Below, piece by piece: positions 42,786-53,202 of a stretch of 64,000 nt of DNA (position 1 is its first letter; each line of letters begins with the position of its first letter). The stretch covers positions 120,052 through 184,051 of the forward strand of contig CAVZVU010000002.1 in NCBI GenBank assembly GCA_963778795.1, read 5' to 3'. The translations under genes and the position numbers were made by a program. Under the pieces are notes generated by a model, which made no database searches, was not told the DNA's origin, and saw only the letters and a list, made by a program, of their open reading frames with translations. The stretch is from an uncultured Pseudomonadota bacterium. GTDB taxonomy: Bacteria; Myxococcota_A; Polyangia; Fen-1088.

Positions 42786-43580
42786 TTACGGCAGAAAGAC
42801 CGTGACGGTCTCGGCGTAGGTCTCCCCGTGGCTGCCGCGACGAGCGGTCCGGCAGTCGGAGAAGGTGCCGAAGGCGCCGCGATCGCTGCAGACATCGTCG
42901 CACGAGCCCACCACGGTCATCGGGCAGCTGGACAGCGACGGGCCGCAGACGCGCGTATCTGACGTCGCGCCCGGCGACAGGCAGAGAAAGCGCGGCTCGT
43001 TCTCGACGAAGATGTTCCCGTAGTAGGTCGCCTCGCGATTGGGGTAGTCACGCAGCTCGTGCGGCGCGGGGCGCAGCGCTGAGGCGTCGCCGCGAATCGA
43101 GATCAGCCGCTCGACGCCCGCGGCGTCGACCCGCGCCAGCACGCAGGCCGAGACCCAATGCTGGCAGCTGCGATCGCACGAGCCGTGCTCGCGTCCCCAG
43201 TCGGGCGCGAGGCCGATCGAGCCCGGGAACTGGTAGCGCGTGCCGTCCACCTTGATCGACACGCTGGCGCCCTCGGGCAGCGCGCACGAGACGACGTACT
43301 TGAGCAACTCGCGCCCCAGCGGATCCTCTAGACCGTTCGCGGTCAGCGCGTTCGCCGTGAGCGCGTTGGCGGTCAGCGCGTTCGCGGTCAGCGCGTTCGC
43401 CGTGAGTGCGTTGGCGGTCAGCGCATTGGCGGTCAGCGCGTTCGCGGTCAGCGCATTCTCAACGGTCAGCGCCGAGCGTGCGGTCGCGAGATCGGTGTCG
43501 GGTGTGCCCCCACAGGACGCCAGAAGGACCAACGACGAGACGAACGAGGAACCAACCGACAAGCCGCGTACTGGCGCCAT
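42786..43580 (-). CDS. Lipoprotein with (NALTA)8 repeat and Cys-rich domain
   Basis: LAS-C lipobox; LLKYVVSCALP, GLAPDW, WVSACVLAR, EATYYGN. Confidence 0.85.
   Translation of the reverse strand: MAPVRGLSVGSSFVSSLVLLASCGGTPDTDLATARSALTVENALTANALTANALTANALTANALTANALTANALTANALTANGLEDPLGRELLKYVVSCALPEGASVSIKVDGTRYQFPGSIGLAPDWGREHGSCDRSCQHWVSACVLARVDAAGVERLISIRGDASALRPAPHELRDYPNREATYYGNIFVENEPRFLCLSPGATSDTRVCGPSLSSCPMTVVGSCDDVCSDRGAFGTFSDCRTARRGSHGETYAETVTVFLP
43338..43457 (-). repeat. 15-bp coding repeat x8 (NALTA)
   Basis: Identical peptide unit with synonymous codon variation. Confidence 0.95.
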
Positions 43581-43666
43581 GCCCGAGCTATCGACGGATA
43601 ATTTATGGGCTTTAGGCGGATTTCCCGATTAATGCATCTATTTAATAGTATTGGAAATTACTCAAT

Positions 43667-44845
<1,179 letters not shown>

Positions 44846-44902
44846 CGCTTAATGGTGCGGTTGAGATCTTGATAGAGCAAATTTATAATTTACGCCTTGA
44901 TC

Positions 44903-44917
44903 ATAACTGCACCTTAT
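44903..44917. promoter_or_regulatory. LysR-type T-N11-A operator
   Basis: ATAA-N7-TTAT dyad in the AT-rich gap between divergent leuA and LysR. Confidence 0.7.
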
Positions 44918-44933
44918 CCGATAAACCACATTA

Positions 44934-45812
44934 ATGGAGCTCTATGCTCTGCAGGTGTTCGCGACCGTCGTCGGTGAGCGCAGCTTCTCGCGCGCCGCCG
45001 AGAAGCTGTTGCGCACGCAGCCCGCGATCTCGCTCGCGCTGCAGCGCCTCGAGGCCGAGCTGGGAGAGAAGCTGATCGATCGCTCGGCCAAGGGGTTGGT
45101 GATGACCGACGCCGGGCGGACGGTGCTCGACTTCGCGCGCCGCTTCGAGAACCTGCGCCAGGAGATGGACAGCGCGCTCACCGAGCTGCGCGACAAGGGG
45201 GCGGGCCGCCTGGTCATCGGGGCCAACGAATCCTCGACGCTGTACCTGTTGCCGCACATCGAGCGCTATCGCCGCCTCTTCCCCAAGGTCAAAGTGCAGG
45301 TGCGGCGCAGCCAGTCGAGCAAGATCCCGAGCGAGCTCCTCGACGGCAATCTCGAGCTGGGCGTGGTCAGCTACGATCCGGCCGACGACCGCATCGAATC
45401 GAAGGTCATCTACAACGACGCGCTGGCCTTCGTCGTGTCGCCCAAGCATCGCTTCGCCAAGCGCAAGACCGTCTCGATCTCGGAGCTGGGCATGGAGACG
45501 TTCATCGCCCACAACGTGGTCTCGCCCTACCGCGAGGTGGTGGTGCGCGAGTTCCGCCGGCACAAGGTCCCGCTGAACATGGACGTCGAGATGCCGACGC
45601 TCGAGAGCATCCGCAAGCTGGTGCAGAGCAACGAGGGCGTCGCGTTCCTGCCCAGGATGTGCGTGCGGCACGAGGTCGAGCACCACGCGGTGTGCGAGGT
45701 AAAGGTGAAGGAGCTGCACGTCGAACGGATGGTGCGCCTGTTGTTCGTGAAGGCACGAACCCTCAGCCACGCCGCGCAGGCTTTCCTCGACGTAGTTCAG
45801 GGCCACGCCTGA
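44934..45812 (+). CDS. LysR-family transcriptional regulator
   Basis: SFSRAAEKLLRTQPAISLALQRLEAELGEKLIDR. Confidence 0.97.
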   Translation: MELYALQVFATVVGERSFSRAAEKLLRTQPAISLALQRLEAELGEKLIDRSAKGLVMTDAGRTVLDFARRFENLRQEMDSALTELRDKGAGRLVIGANESSTLYLLPHIERYRRLFPKVKVQVRRSQSSKIPSELLDGNLELGVVSYDPADDRIESKVIYNDALAFVVSPKHRFAKRKTVSISELGMETFIAHNVVSPYREVVVREFRRHKVPLNMDVEMPTLESIRKLVQSNEGVAFLPRMCVRHEVEHHAVCEVKVKELHVERMVRLLFVKARTLSHAAQAFLDVVQGHA

Positions 45813-45825
45813 ACGCGGAGGGTTA

Positions 45826-45846
45826 GGGAACCCTTTCAGGGTTCCC
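45826..45846. repeat. Hairpin GGAACCCT-N3-AGGGTTCC, copy 1
   Basis: Just 3' of LysR; same hairpin at 51601. Confidence 0.75.
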
Positions 45847-45938
45847 TTCAAAGCGAAAGCTCGGCCGCCGCCTTGACGTAGAGGTGATCATCGCCAGGTT
45901 CTCTGCTGAGTCGATAACGACTGGATGGGAGAACGAAA

Positions 45939-46088
45939 ATGCTCTGGACTATCGCGGTCATTCTTCTGGTTCTGTGGGCCCTCGGGCTGGTGAGCTCCTT
46001 CACCATGGGCGGGTTCATTCACCTCTTGCTGGTCGCCGCTGTGGTCGTCGTCGCGGTTCGGCTGATTCAGGGAAGATCCCCGATCTGA
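45939..46088 (+). CDS. lmo0937-family small membrane protein (49 aa, not in ORF track)
   Basis: MLWTIAVILLVLWALGLVSSFTMGGFIHLLLVAAVVVVAVRLIQGRSPI*, with GGAG RBS. Confidence 0.9.
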   Translation: MLWTIAVILLVLWALGLVSSFTMGGFIHLLLVAAVVVVAVRLIQGRSPI

Positions 46089-46310
46089 CGCCCCCCCAGT
46101 CAGACGACCCCTGGCGGCCCCTGGTCTGACGACCCCCGGTCCGACGACCCCCGGTTGACGTCCTCGACGGCCCTCGCGTGGGCGCGTGTGCGGCTCGCGC
46201 GGACCGAGGGGACTCATGTCGGGCCCTGAATGTCAGGCAGACGCCAGGCATCCGTCCGGTATCCAAACCCCGCAACAACGTCGGCCTGCGCCGTAGACTG
46301 CGGCCGCTGA

Positions 46311-47414
46311 ATGAAGTTCAAAGTGCAAAGCCCGCGAGGGCGCGCTAAGCTCGGTTCACTCGTGAGCGCAGTACCTCCGACCGTCGAGGATGCGGCCGCC
46401 TACGCGGCCCGAAGAGCGGCAGCCGCGAGGCGCGCCGACAGTAGCGAGCCGAGCCCCGCTTCGCTGCTGCACCGGATCGAGCTTCGGCGGTTCGCCGGAC
46501 CGGTCGCTTATCTCGAGCAGATCGCGCACCTGCGCATCGCGCACCTGACCGACCAGCACGTCGGGCGGGTGACGCCGATGGAGGTGCAGCGCGCCGCCGT
46601 CGAGATGACCAACGCCGAGAAACCCGACCTGGTGCTGCTGACCGGCGACTTCGTCTGTCACAGCCAGCTTTACCTCGACGAGCTGACGACGCTGGTGCAG
46701 GGCTTTCAAGCGCCGGTGATCGCGGTGCTTGGCAATCACGACCACTGGTCGGGCGCGAACGAGGTGCAGCTCGCGCTCGAGCGCGGCGGCGTCGAGGTCC
46801 TGCGCAATCGACACACCACGATCACGCTGCGCCACGATCGGCTGCAGGTGGTCGGGCTCGACGACTCGTACACGGGACACGCGCGTCTCGACGAAGCGGT
46901 GAAGGGGCTGCGCCGTGATCTGCCGTCGATCGGCATGTCTCACATCGCCGAGGAGGCCGACGGCCTGTGGCGCCACGGCGTGCCGCTGGTGCTGTCCGGC
47001 CACACCCACGGCGGTCAGGTGACGCTGGCGCGCTTGCACGAGATCGCCGTCGGCATGATCGCCGGGCACAAATACGTTCACGGGCTGTATGGCTCGCGCC
47101 GCAAGTCTGCGTCGGCGCAACCAGGCCATGAAGATGGCCACGGGCACGGCCGCGCGCCGGAGCCTCGAGGCGCGGTCTACGTCGGTGCGGGCATCGGCGC
47201 GGCGGTCGTCCCGTTCCGCCTCGGTGATCGCGGCCGGCGCGAGGTCACGATGTTCGAGCTCGGCTGCGAACCGGGCGACTTCGTCGAGCATCACAGCGAG
47301 CAGGAGCCGATGCGAGGCCGCAAGCCGACCAAGGAGCTGATCGCGAAGCGCGCGGCGGCGGTGCTGCGCAAGCGATTGGATCGCGAGCGACGCCACGGTC
47401 GCAAGTCGGCCTGA
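46311..47414 (+). CDS. Calcineurin-like metallophosphoesterase
   Basis: HLTDQH, LTGDF, LGNHD, SGHTHGGQ. Confidence 0.93.
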   Translation: MKFKVQSPRGRAKLGSLVSAVPPTVEDAAAYAARRAAAARRADSSEPSPASLLHRIELRRFAGPVAYLEQIAHLRIAHLTDQHVGRVTPMEVQRAAVEMTNAEKPDLVLLTGDFVCHSQLYLDELTTLVQGFQAPVIAVLGNHDHWSGANEVQLALERGGVEVLRNRHTTITLRHDRLQVVGLDDSYTGHARLDEAVKGLRRDLPSIGMSHIAEEADGLWRHGVPLVLSGHTHGGQVTLARLHEIAVGMIAGHKYVHGLYGSRRKSASAQPGHEDGHGHGRAPEPRGAVYVGAGIGAAVVPFRLGDRGRREVTMFELGCEPGDFVEHHSEQEPMRGRKPTKELIAKRAAAVLRKRLDRERRHGRKSA

Positions 47415-47620
47415 GCGTCGTCGCGCGCCGGTCACCGCCGCCTCGTCGACCCCGTAGACGCGATCTACGCGACCGCGATTTCTCGTCGGAGCAAGCCCCG
47501 CGCCCGGCGTGCGGTCCCCTCGTGACAGGTAGAGGGTTGATTTCTGCCGCATACCGACGCATCTTGCGTGCGCACAGCTCAAGGATGCGACGTAACCCTT
47601 CCACTCAAGGAGAGATTCTT

Positions 47621-48217
47621 ATGACTAAACGACTTCCAACAATTATTGCCCTGGCGGTCGCAGCCCTCAGCGCCCAAGCCTGCAGCAGCAGCAGCAAAGG
47701 CGGCACCGGTGGCGCCGGTGGCACCGTCACTGACGCTGCCAGCGGCACCGGCGGAGTCGCCGTCGGGACGGGCGGAATGACGACCGACGCGGCCGCCGAC
47801 GCCCCTCACGACACGGCCGCCGACGCCCCTCACGACACGGTCGTTGTTACCGACTCGGGCACCGACTCGGGCATCAACGTTGCGGCGCTCTGTCCCGGGG
47901 CCCCCGGCGACGGGGGACGCACCATGACCAGCGCGGCGATGACAGCGCTGGAGTTCTGCACGCTCTACCTGCAGACCTGCACCGGGGCCAACAACCCCGA
48001 CGGCGGCCCGACGATGCTGTCGACCTGCATGGCCACCTACACCGGACTCAACTCCGAGGCGGCGCGTGAGTGCCGGTCGGATCACGTCTGTAACGCCGCC
48101 GTCTACTTCACGACGGCGGTCATGCTCCACTGCGGACACGCCAACGGCAATCCCCCCTGCGCCGACACCGTGCCCGACGCCGCCACCGACGTCGCCACCG
48201 ACGCCAGCGGCCAGTAA
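47621..48217 (+). CDS. Cys-rich lipoprotein
   Basis: AAGGAG RBS, AQA-C, Gly/Thr and ADAPHDT linker, FCxxYxxTC..CRxxHxCxA..HCGHA domain. Confidence 0.85.
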   Translation: MTKRLPTIIALAVAALSAQACSSSSKGGTGGAGGTVTDAASGTGGVAVGTGGMTTDAAADAPHDTAADAPHDTVVVTDSGTDSGINVAALCPGAPGDGGRTMTSAAMTALEFCTLYLQTCTGANNPDGGPTMLSTCMATYTGLNSEAARECRSDHVCNAAVYFTTAVMLHCGHANGNPPCADTVPDAATDVATDASGQ

Positions 48218-48296
48218 GCGGAGCACGCTCGGGTCGCTCCAGCGACTCAACCACACCAAAGCGACAAACCAAAACCACAAACCAAGACCAGAAGAA

Positions 48297-48330
48297 AGGC
48301 GCTCTCCCCGACGGGAGGGCGCCTTTTTTT
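48297..48330 (+). terminator. Intrinsic terminator
   Basis: aggcgctctccc-cgac-gggagggcgcct followed by a T run. Confidence 0.85.
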
Positions 48331-48373
48331 GTTCCTGCACCGCGAGGCGGGTTACCATGTTTGCGTGGGACGC

Positions 48374-48550
48374 ATGCTGGCGCCGCTGTTGCTAGCCTTG
48401 GGGCTGCTGTTCTGCGTGGTCTCAGCGTGCGAGGACGACAGCGTCTTCCGGAGCGGCGACCTCCCGCCCGGAAACCCGGCCGATAGCGGCGCGGCGGGAG
48501 GTGGCGGAGCGGGAGGGGCCCCGACGGATACCGACGCGGGCGCCGATTAA
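48374..48550 (+). CDS. Small lipoprotein (58 aa)
   Basis: MLAPLLLALGLLFCVVSA-C followed by a low-complexity Gly/Asp tail. Confidence 0.6.
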   Translation: MLAPLLLALGLLFCVVSACEDDSVFRSGDLPPGNPADSGAAGGGGAGGAPTDTDAGAD

Positions 48551-48586
48551 ACCTCGTCTGGGCAAGGTCCGATAAGGAGATCCGAA

Positions 48587-48892
48587 ATGTTCGACACCAT
48601 GACTCTAAAGACGCTTTGTCGCCGACTGTTGGGCGCCACCTCGCTCATCGCCTGCCTGGCGACGGCGGGGTGCATCGACAACAGCGGGAACAAGACCTAT
48701 CCCCCCGCCGACGCGGCCGCCGACGCCCCCGCCGATACCGGCGCGGCGGAGACCGCGGATGATGCGCCGGCCGCCGAGACCGCGAATGACGTCCCGGCGA
48801 GCGACACCCCCACCGACCTCCCGGCGAGCGACTCGCTCCCGTCCGACACCGGCGCCGCCGACGTGCACGCCGATACCGCCAGCGGCGGCTGA
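48587..48892 (+). CDS. Small disordered lipoprotein
   Basis: TAAGGAGA RBS, TAG-C lipobox, Asp/Ala/Pro/Thr-rich. Confidence 0.75.
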   Translation: MFDTMTLKTLCRRLLGATSLIACLATAGCIDNSGNKTYPPADAAADAPADTGAAETADDAPAAETANDVPASDTPTDLPASDSLPSDTGAADVHADTASGG

Positions 48893-48895
48893 GCC

Positions 48896-50647
48896 TCACT
48901 CGACGATCGGAGCGCCGTTCGTCGCGGCGCCGTCGCGCGCCGGCGCCGGCGGTGCGGCGCGGACGGTGATCGCCGCCGTCTCGAAAGCGGGAGTCGCCGG
49001 CTCGCCGTTCGGCACTGCGGCCGGTGGCGGCGGGCTGACCGCGGGCGCGTGGTCACCGGCAGCAGCGGGCGGCGCGACGATCAGAGCGGCCCGAACCGGT
49101 GGCGGATCGGCCGGCGGCGACGGCGGCCGGCGCGCGGCGGCCGCCTTCTCGACCGCTTCGGCGGGCAGCCTGGCGACCGCAGGCGGTGGTAACCCGGCCT
49201 GGGCAGGTCCTCCCGCCGCCACCGCGGGCCGCGCGACCTCCGGCGATGGATCCTGCGACGACGGGGGGACGCCGGGCGCGGGACGCGCCCCCTCCGGCTC
49301 CGCAGCCGAGGCGGTCGCGGGACCCTGCCCCCTCCCTCTTCCGCCGACGCTCACCAGCACCGCCACGCCGACGGCAACCGCGACCACCGCGACCGCCGCG
49401 GCCACCACCGGCCAGGACCGCCCCCAGGCGGCGCGCGCCTTCCCGGCGGTCGGCGCCGCCGCGCCCCACCGCCCGAGCGCGCCGGGCGCGGATGAACGAG
49501 CCGGCGAACGAGCCATGGTGCGGGTCTCGACCTCGCTGGGCGGCGGCGTCTCCTCGCCGGCACCGCCCGCCCGGGCCGCCGAGCCGCCGGCGCGAGGGTT
49601 CCGACGGAGGGGCGACAACGGCTCGCGCCGGGCCCCCGGTTTCGCCGCCGGCGCGGGGGCGCGCCGGTCGTCGGGCAGGCTCGTCTTCGACGCCGGACCG
49701 AGGCTCGCACGATGGAACAGCGTGCTCACCAGCTCGCCCAGCGGGGCACCGTCGGCCGAGTACGCCGGCAGCGCCAGCAACGCCGACAGTGCGTCGGTCG
49801 TGGTCGCGAAGCGCTGATGGGGGCGCAGCGACAGCATCTTGCGCACGAACGCCTCGAGCGCCGGCGGGACTTTCCGGTCGGGGCAAACCAGCGTCAGCGG
49901 GGGCACGTCGCACCGCATGACCTTGCCGACGATCTCGATCTCGTCGTTGCCGTCGAACAGCGGACGGCCGGCCAGGATCTCCCACAGGGTGATCCCCATC
50001 GCGAACTGGTCGGTGCGCTGGTCGACCGGCTCGCCGTTCAGCTGCTCGGGCGACGCGTAGGAGAGCTTGCCGCGGATCGTGCCGGTCTTCGTGCGGCTGC
50101 TGTGAGCCAGCGACTTGGCGATGCCGAAATCCGACAGCTTGACCTCGCCCGAGAACCCAACCAGCACGTTGTGGGGCGAGACGTCTCGATGGACCAAGCC
50201 CAGCGGGCGCCCGTTCTCCCGCCGCTCATGCACGTAGCGCAGCCCCTTGAGCACCTCGCCCGCAAGATAGAGCGCGAGCGGCAGCGGAAAGACGTAGCCG
50301 GCGTGCTTGGCCGCCTCGACGACCCGCCGGGCGTCGTGACCCTCGACGTGCTCCATCGCGATGTAGTAACGGCCGCCCTGGCCGTGCTCGGGATCGGTGA
50401 CGACCTTGTCGAAGTCGAACACGGCGACGAGGTTCGCGTGCTGCAGCTGCGCGGCGATGCGCGCCTCCTTGACGAACAACCGCTCCAGCTCGGGATCGCC
50501 ACTGAACGACTCGAGGATGAACTTCAACGCCACCGGCTTGATGAAGCCCTCGGGCCCCTCGGCCCGCGCAGCCCAGACCTCGGCCATGCCGCCCACGGCG
50601 ATCTTCTCGCCGAGCACGTACTTGCCGATGCGTTGGCCGGGGTGCAC
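48896..50647 (-). CDS. Membrane Ser/Thr protein kinase
   Basis: GGMAEV, VALK, HRDVSPHN, DFGIAK, YASPEQ; one TM segment then a Pro/Ala tail. Confidence 0.93.
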   Translation of the reverse strand: MHPGQRIGKYVLGEKIAVGGMAEVWAARAEGPEGFIKPVALKFILESFSGDPELERLFVKEARIAAQLQHANLVAVFDFDKVVTDPEHGQGGRYYIAMEHVEGHDARRVVEAAKHAGYVFPLPLALYLAGEVLKGLRYVHERRENGRPLGLVHRDVSPHNVLVGFSGEVKLSDFGIAKSLAHSSRTKTGTIRGKLSYASPEQLNGEPVDQRTDQFAMGITLWEILAGRPLFDGNDEIEIVGKVMRCDVPPLTLVCPDRKVPPALEAFVRKMLSLRPHQRFATTTDALSALLALPAYSADGAPLGELVSTLFHRASLGPASKTSLPDDRRAPAPAAKPGARREPLSPLRRNPRAGGSAARAGGAGEETPPPSEVETRTMARSPARSSAPGALGRWGAAAPTAGKARAAWGRSWPVVAAAVAVVAVAVGVAVLVSVGGRGRGQGPATASAAEPEGARPAPGVPPSSQDPSPEVARPAVAAGGPAQAGLPPPAVARLPAEAVEKAAAARRPPSPPADPPPVRAALIVAPPAAAGDHAPAVSPPPPAAVPNGEPATPAFETAAITVRAAPPAPARDGAATNGAPIVE

Positions 50648-50773
50648 GGGATCTATACGCCGGGGCGGTGCACCGAAGTCAAGCCGGAGGCCGCTGGCGC
50701 ACTGCGGCCCCTCGGCCGGGCTTTTTTCGCCGGCACCGGTAACCTTTCTGCGGCCCCAGGATCCAAGATCGCG

Positions 50774-51550
50774 ATGCATCCCCTGCCCCGAGCCCAACCG
50801 CTGGCGCCGGCCATTTCCGCCACGCTCACCGATGCCGAGATCGTGGCGCGGGTCCTGGCCGGCGAGATCGAGCTGTTCGAGGTCCTGATGCGGCGCCACA
50901 ACCAGCGCCTGTTCCGCGCCGCGCGCGCGATCGTGCGCGACGACGCCGAGGCCGAGGACGTCATGCAGGAGGCCTATACCCGGGCATTTTCCCAGCTCGC
51001 GCGCTTCGAAGGGCGCTCGCAGTGGTCGACCTGGGTGACCCGGATCGCCGTGAACGAGGCCCTGGGTCGGGTGCGGCGCACGGGACGGTTCGTGAGCACC
51101 GATGTGGACGGCGCCCCGGGCACGCAGGACGGGGCGAGGAACGGCGGCAACGCAGGCGCGAAAGCGAGGGCCAGGTTGGATCCAAACGACGACGCGTGGC
51201 GCGAGGCGAACGGCGGGGCGGCACCTTTCCCGACCGGGCCCGAGGACCACGCCGCCGCGCGCGAGCTGGGCGGCTTCCTCGAGCGGGCGCTCGACGAGCT
51301 GCCCGACATCTACCGGTCGGTCTTCGTGCTGCGCGAGATCGAGGAGCTGTCGACCGCCGAGGCGGCGGCCTGCCTCGACGTCAGCGAGGAGCTGGTCAAG
51401 GTCCGATTGCATCGCGCCCGCGCCGCGCTCCGCCAGCGCCTCGACCAGCGCGTCGGCTCAGCGCTGCGCGGGGTCTACGGCTTCCACCTGTCGCGCTGCG
51501 ATCGGGTCGTCGCCGCCGTGATGGCACGTATCGGCCCACCGAAGCCGTGA
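50774..51550 (+). CDS. ECF RNA polymerase sigma factor with C-terminal RCDR motif
   Basis: FEVLMRRHNQRLFR, AEDVMQEAY, WVTRIAVN, VKVRLHRAR, FHLSRCDRVV. Candidate own promoter GTAACC...GATCC at 50739-50764. Confidence 0.93.
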   Translation: MHPLPRAQPLAPAISATLTDAEIVARVLAGEIELFEVLMRRHNQRLFRAARAIVRDDAEAEDVMQEAYTRAFSQLARFEGRSQWSTWVTRIAVNEALGRVRRTGRFVSTDVDGAPGTQDGARNGGNAGAKARARLDPNDDAWREANGGAAPFPTGPEDHAAARELGGFLERALDELPDIYRSVFVLREIEELSTAEAAACLDVSEELVKVRLHRARAALRQRLDQRVGSALRGVYGFHLSRCDRVVAAVMARIGPPKP

Positions 51551-51600
51551 TCGCGTCGAGCGTAGGCAGGCTTGCCTGCCGGAGCTCATCGCGGGAGGTT

Positions 51601-51621
51601 CGGAACCCTTTGAGGGTTCCG
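51601..51621. repeat. Hairpin GGAACCCT-N3-AGGGTTCC, copy 2
   Basis: Between the convergent sigma and ABC ATPase genes. Confidence 0.75.
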
Positions 51622-51639
51622 AGGTAAATGACGCTCGGA

Positions 51640-53193
51640 TCAGCCCACGCCAGCCATGAGGCGCATCACCGTCGCCTGATCGGCGCGCGCGCGCATGACC
51701 TCGCCGGTGATCGCTCCGCGGCGCATCACCAAGATCCGTGTCGACAGGCCGATCAGCTCCTGCAGCTCGCTCGAGATCAGCAGCACCGCGCTCCCCTCGG
51801 CAGCGAGCCGATCGATGAGTCCGTGGATCTCCGCCTTGGCCCCGACGTCGACGCCCCGGGTCGGCTCGTCGAGGATCAGCACGCGGCAGCGCGCCGCCAG
51901 CCACTTCGCGAGCACGATCTTCTGCTGATTTCCGCCCGACAGGCCGGCGGTGACCACGTCGATGTTCGCCGCGCGCACGCCCAGCCGCTCGGCCAGACGG
52001 CGCGCAAGGATCGCCTCGGCCTGGCGGCGGATCCAGCCGAAGCGCGCCAGCGCCGGCAAGATCGGCAGCGTGAAGTTGTGCGCCGCCGACATGCCGAGCA
52101 CCAGACCCTGACGCTTGCGATCCTCGGGCACCAGGCCCAGGCCGGCGCGCATCGCCGCGCGCGGTGACGACAGCCTGATCGGCTTTCCGTCGACCAGCAC
52201 GCGGCCAGTCGCGTGCGCATCGAGCCCGAACAGCGCCTGCGCCACCTCCGAGCGGCCGGCGCCGACGAGACCGGCCAGCCCAACCACTTCGCCCGCACGG
52301 ATCTCCAGCGAGACGTCACGGAACCTCCCCGGGCTCGACAGCCCCTCGACGCGCAACAGCTCCGTCCCCGGCGACGACGACACGTGCGTGGGCAGGTACT
52401 CGTCGAGCCGGCGGCCGATCATGAGGTGAACCAGCTTGGCCTCGTCGAGGCTGCTCGCCGGCTGGGTGGTGACGTGCCCGCCGTCGCGCAGCACCGTGAT
52501 GGTGTCGCACAGCTTGAAGATCTCAGGCATGCGGTGCGAAACGTAGACGCAGGTGACGCCGCGCGCGCGCAGCCTCTCCATCAGCGCGTACAGACGATCG
52601 GCCTCGCCCTGCGACAGGCTGCTGGTCGGCTCGTCGAAGATGATGACCCGCGCGCCGCTGCCGACGGCCGCGGCGATCTGGACCATCTGCTGCTGCCCCA
52701 GCGACAGCGTGCCCACGGGGCGCTGTACGTCGACGTCGACGTCGGCGTCGATCGCCTGCAGCATGGCGAGCGCGCGCCGCTCGAGCTCGCGCCAGTCGAC
52801 GAACATCCGCCGTGTCGGCAGCCGCCCCAGGCACAGGTTCTCGGCGACGGTGAGGTTCTCGCACGACGCCAGCTCCTGGTGAACGATGCCGATCCCGGCG
52901 CGCAGGGCGGCGCCGGGGTTGCGCAGCTCCGCGCGCTTTCCGTCGACGATCACCTCGCCCGCGTCGGGGGCGTAGATGCCGGCCAGGATCTTCGCCAGCG
53001 TGCTCTTGCCGGCGCCATTCTCGCCGCACAGCGCGTGGCACGAGCCGCGCCGGATATCGAAGGTGACTGCCTCGAGGGCGAGCACGCCGGGGAAGCGCTT
53101 GCTGACGCCGGAGAAGCGGACCGCCGGGGGCGCCGTTTCATCGGCCGGAGCGGCGGCGTCGATCCCGGCATCGAGCCCGATTTGCGTCCCCAT
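51640..53193 (-). CDS. Sugar ABC transporter ATP-binding protein (RbsA/MglA-type, two NBDs)
   Basis: GENGAGKS, FDEPT, LSGGNQQK, LDEPTRGVDVGAK. Confidence 0.96.
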   Translation of the reverse strand: MGTQIGLDAGIDAAAPADETAPPAVRFSGVSKRFPGVLALEAVTFDIRRGSCHALCGENGAGKSTLAKILAGIYAPDAGEVIVDGKRAELRNPGAALRAGIGIVHQELASCENLTVAENLCLGRLPTRRMFVDWRELERRALAMLQAIDADVDVDVQRPVGTLSLGQQQMVQIAAAVGSGARVIIFDEPTSSLSQGEADRLYALMERLRARGVTCVYVSHRMPEIFKLCDTITVLRDGGHVTTQPASSLDEAKLVHLMIGRRLDEYLPTHVSSSPGTELLRVEGLSSPGRFRDVSLEIRAGEVVGLAGLVGAGRSEVAQALFGLDAHATGRVLVDGKPIRLSSPRAAMRAGLGLVPEDRKRQGLVLGMSAAHNFTLPILPALARFGWIRRQAEAILARRLAERLGVRAANIDVVTAGLSGGNQQKIVLAKWLAARCRVLILDEPTRGVDVGAKAEIHGLIDRLAAEGSAVLLISSELQELIGLSTRILVMRRGAITGEVMRARADQATVMRLMAGVG

Positions 53194-53202
53194 GGCGACG
53201 AC

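Noticed and set aside
46100-46160. Short GACGACCCC repeats after the lmo0937-like gene
   Set aside because: A degenerate ~15-bp slippage repeat without spacers; no support for function.
48896-51550. 838-aa and 612-aa overlapping ORFs
   Set aside because: Over-extended starts; the real genes are the divergent kinase (from ~50647) and ECF sigma (from ~50774).
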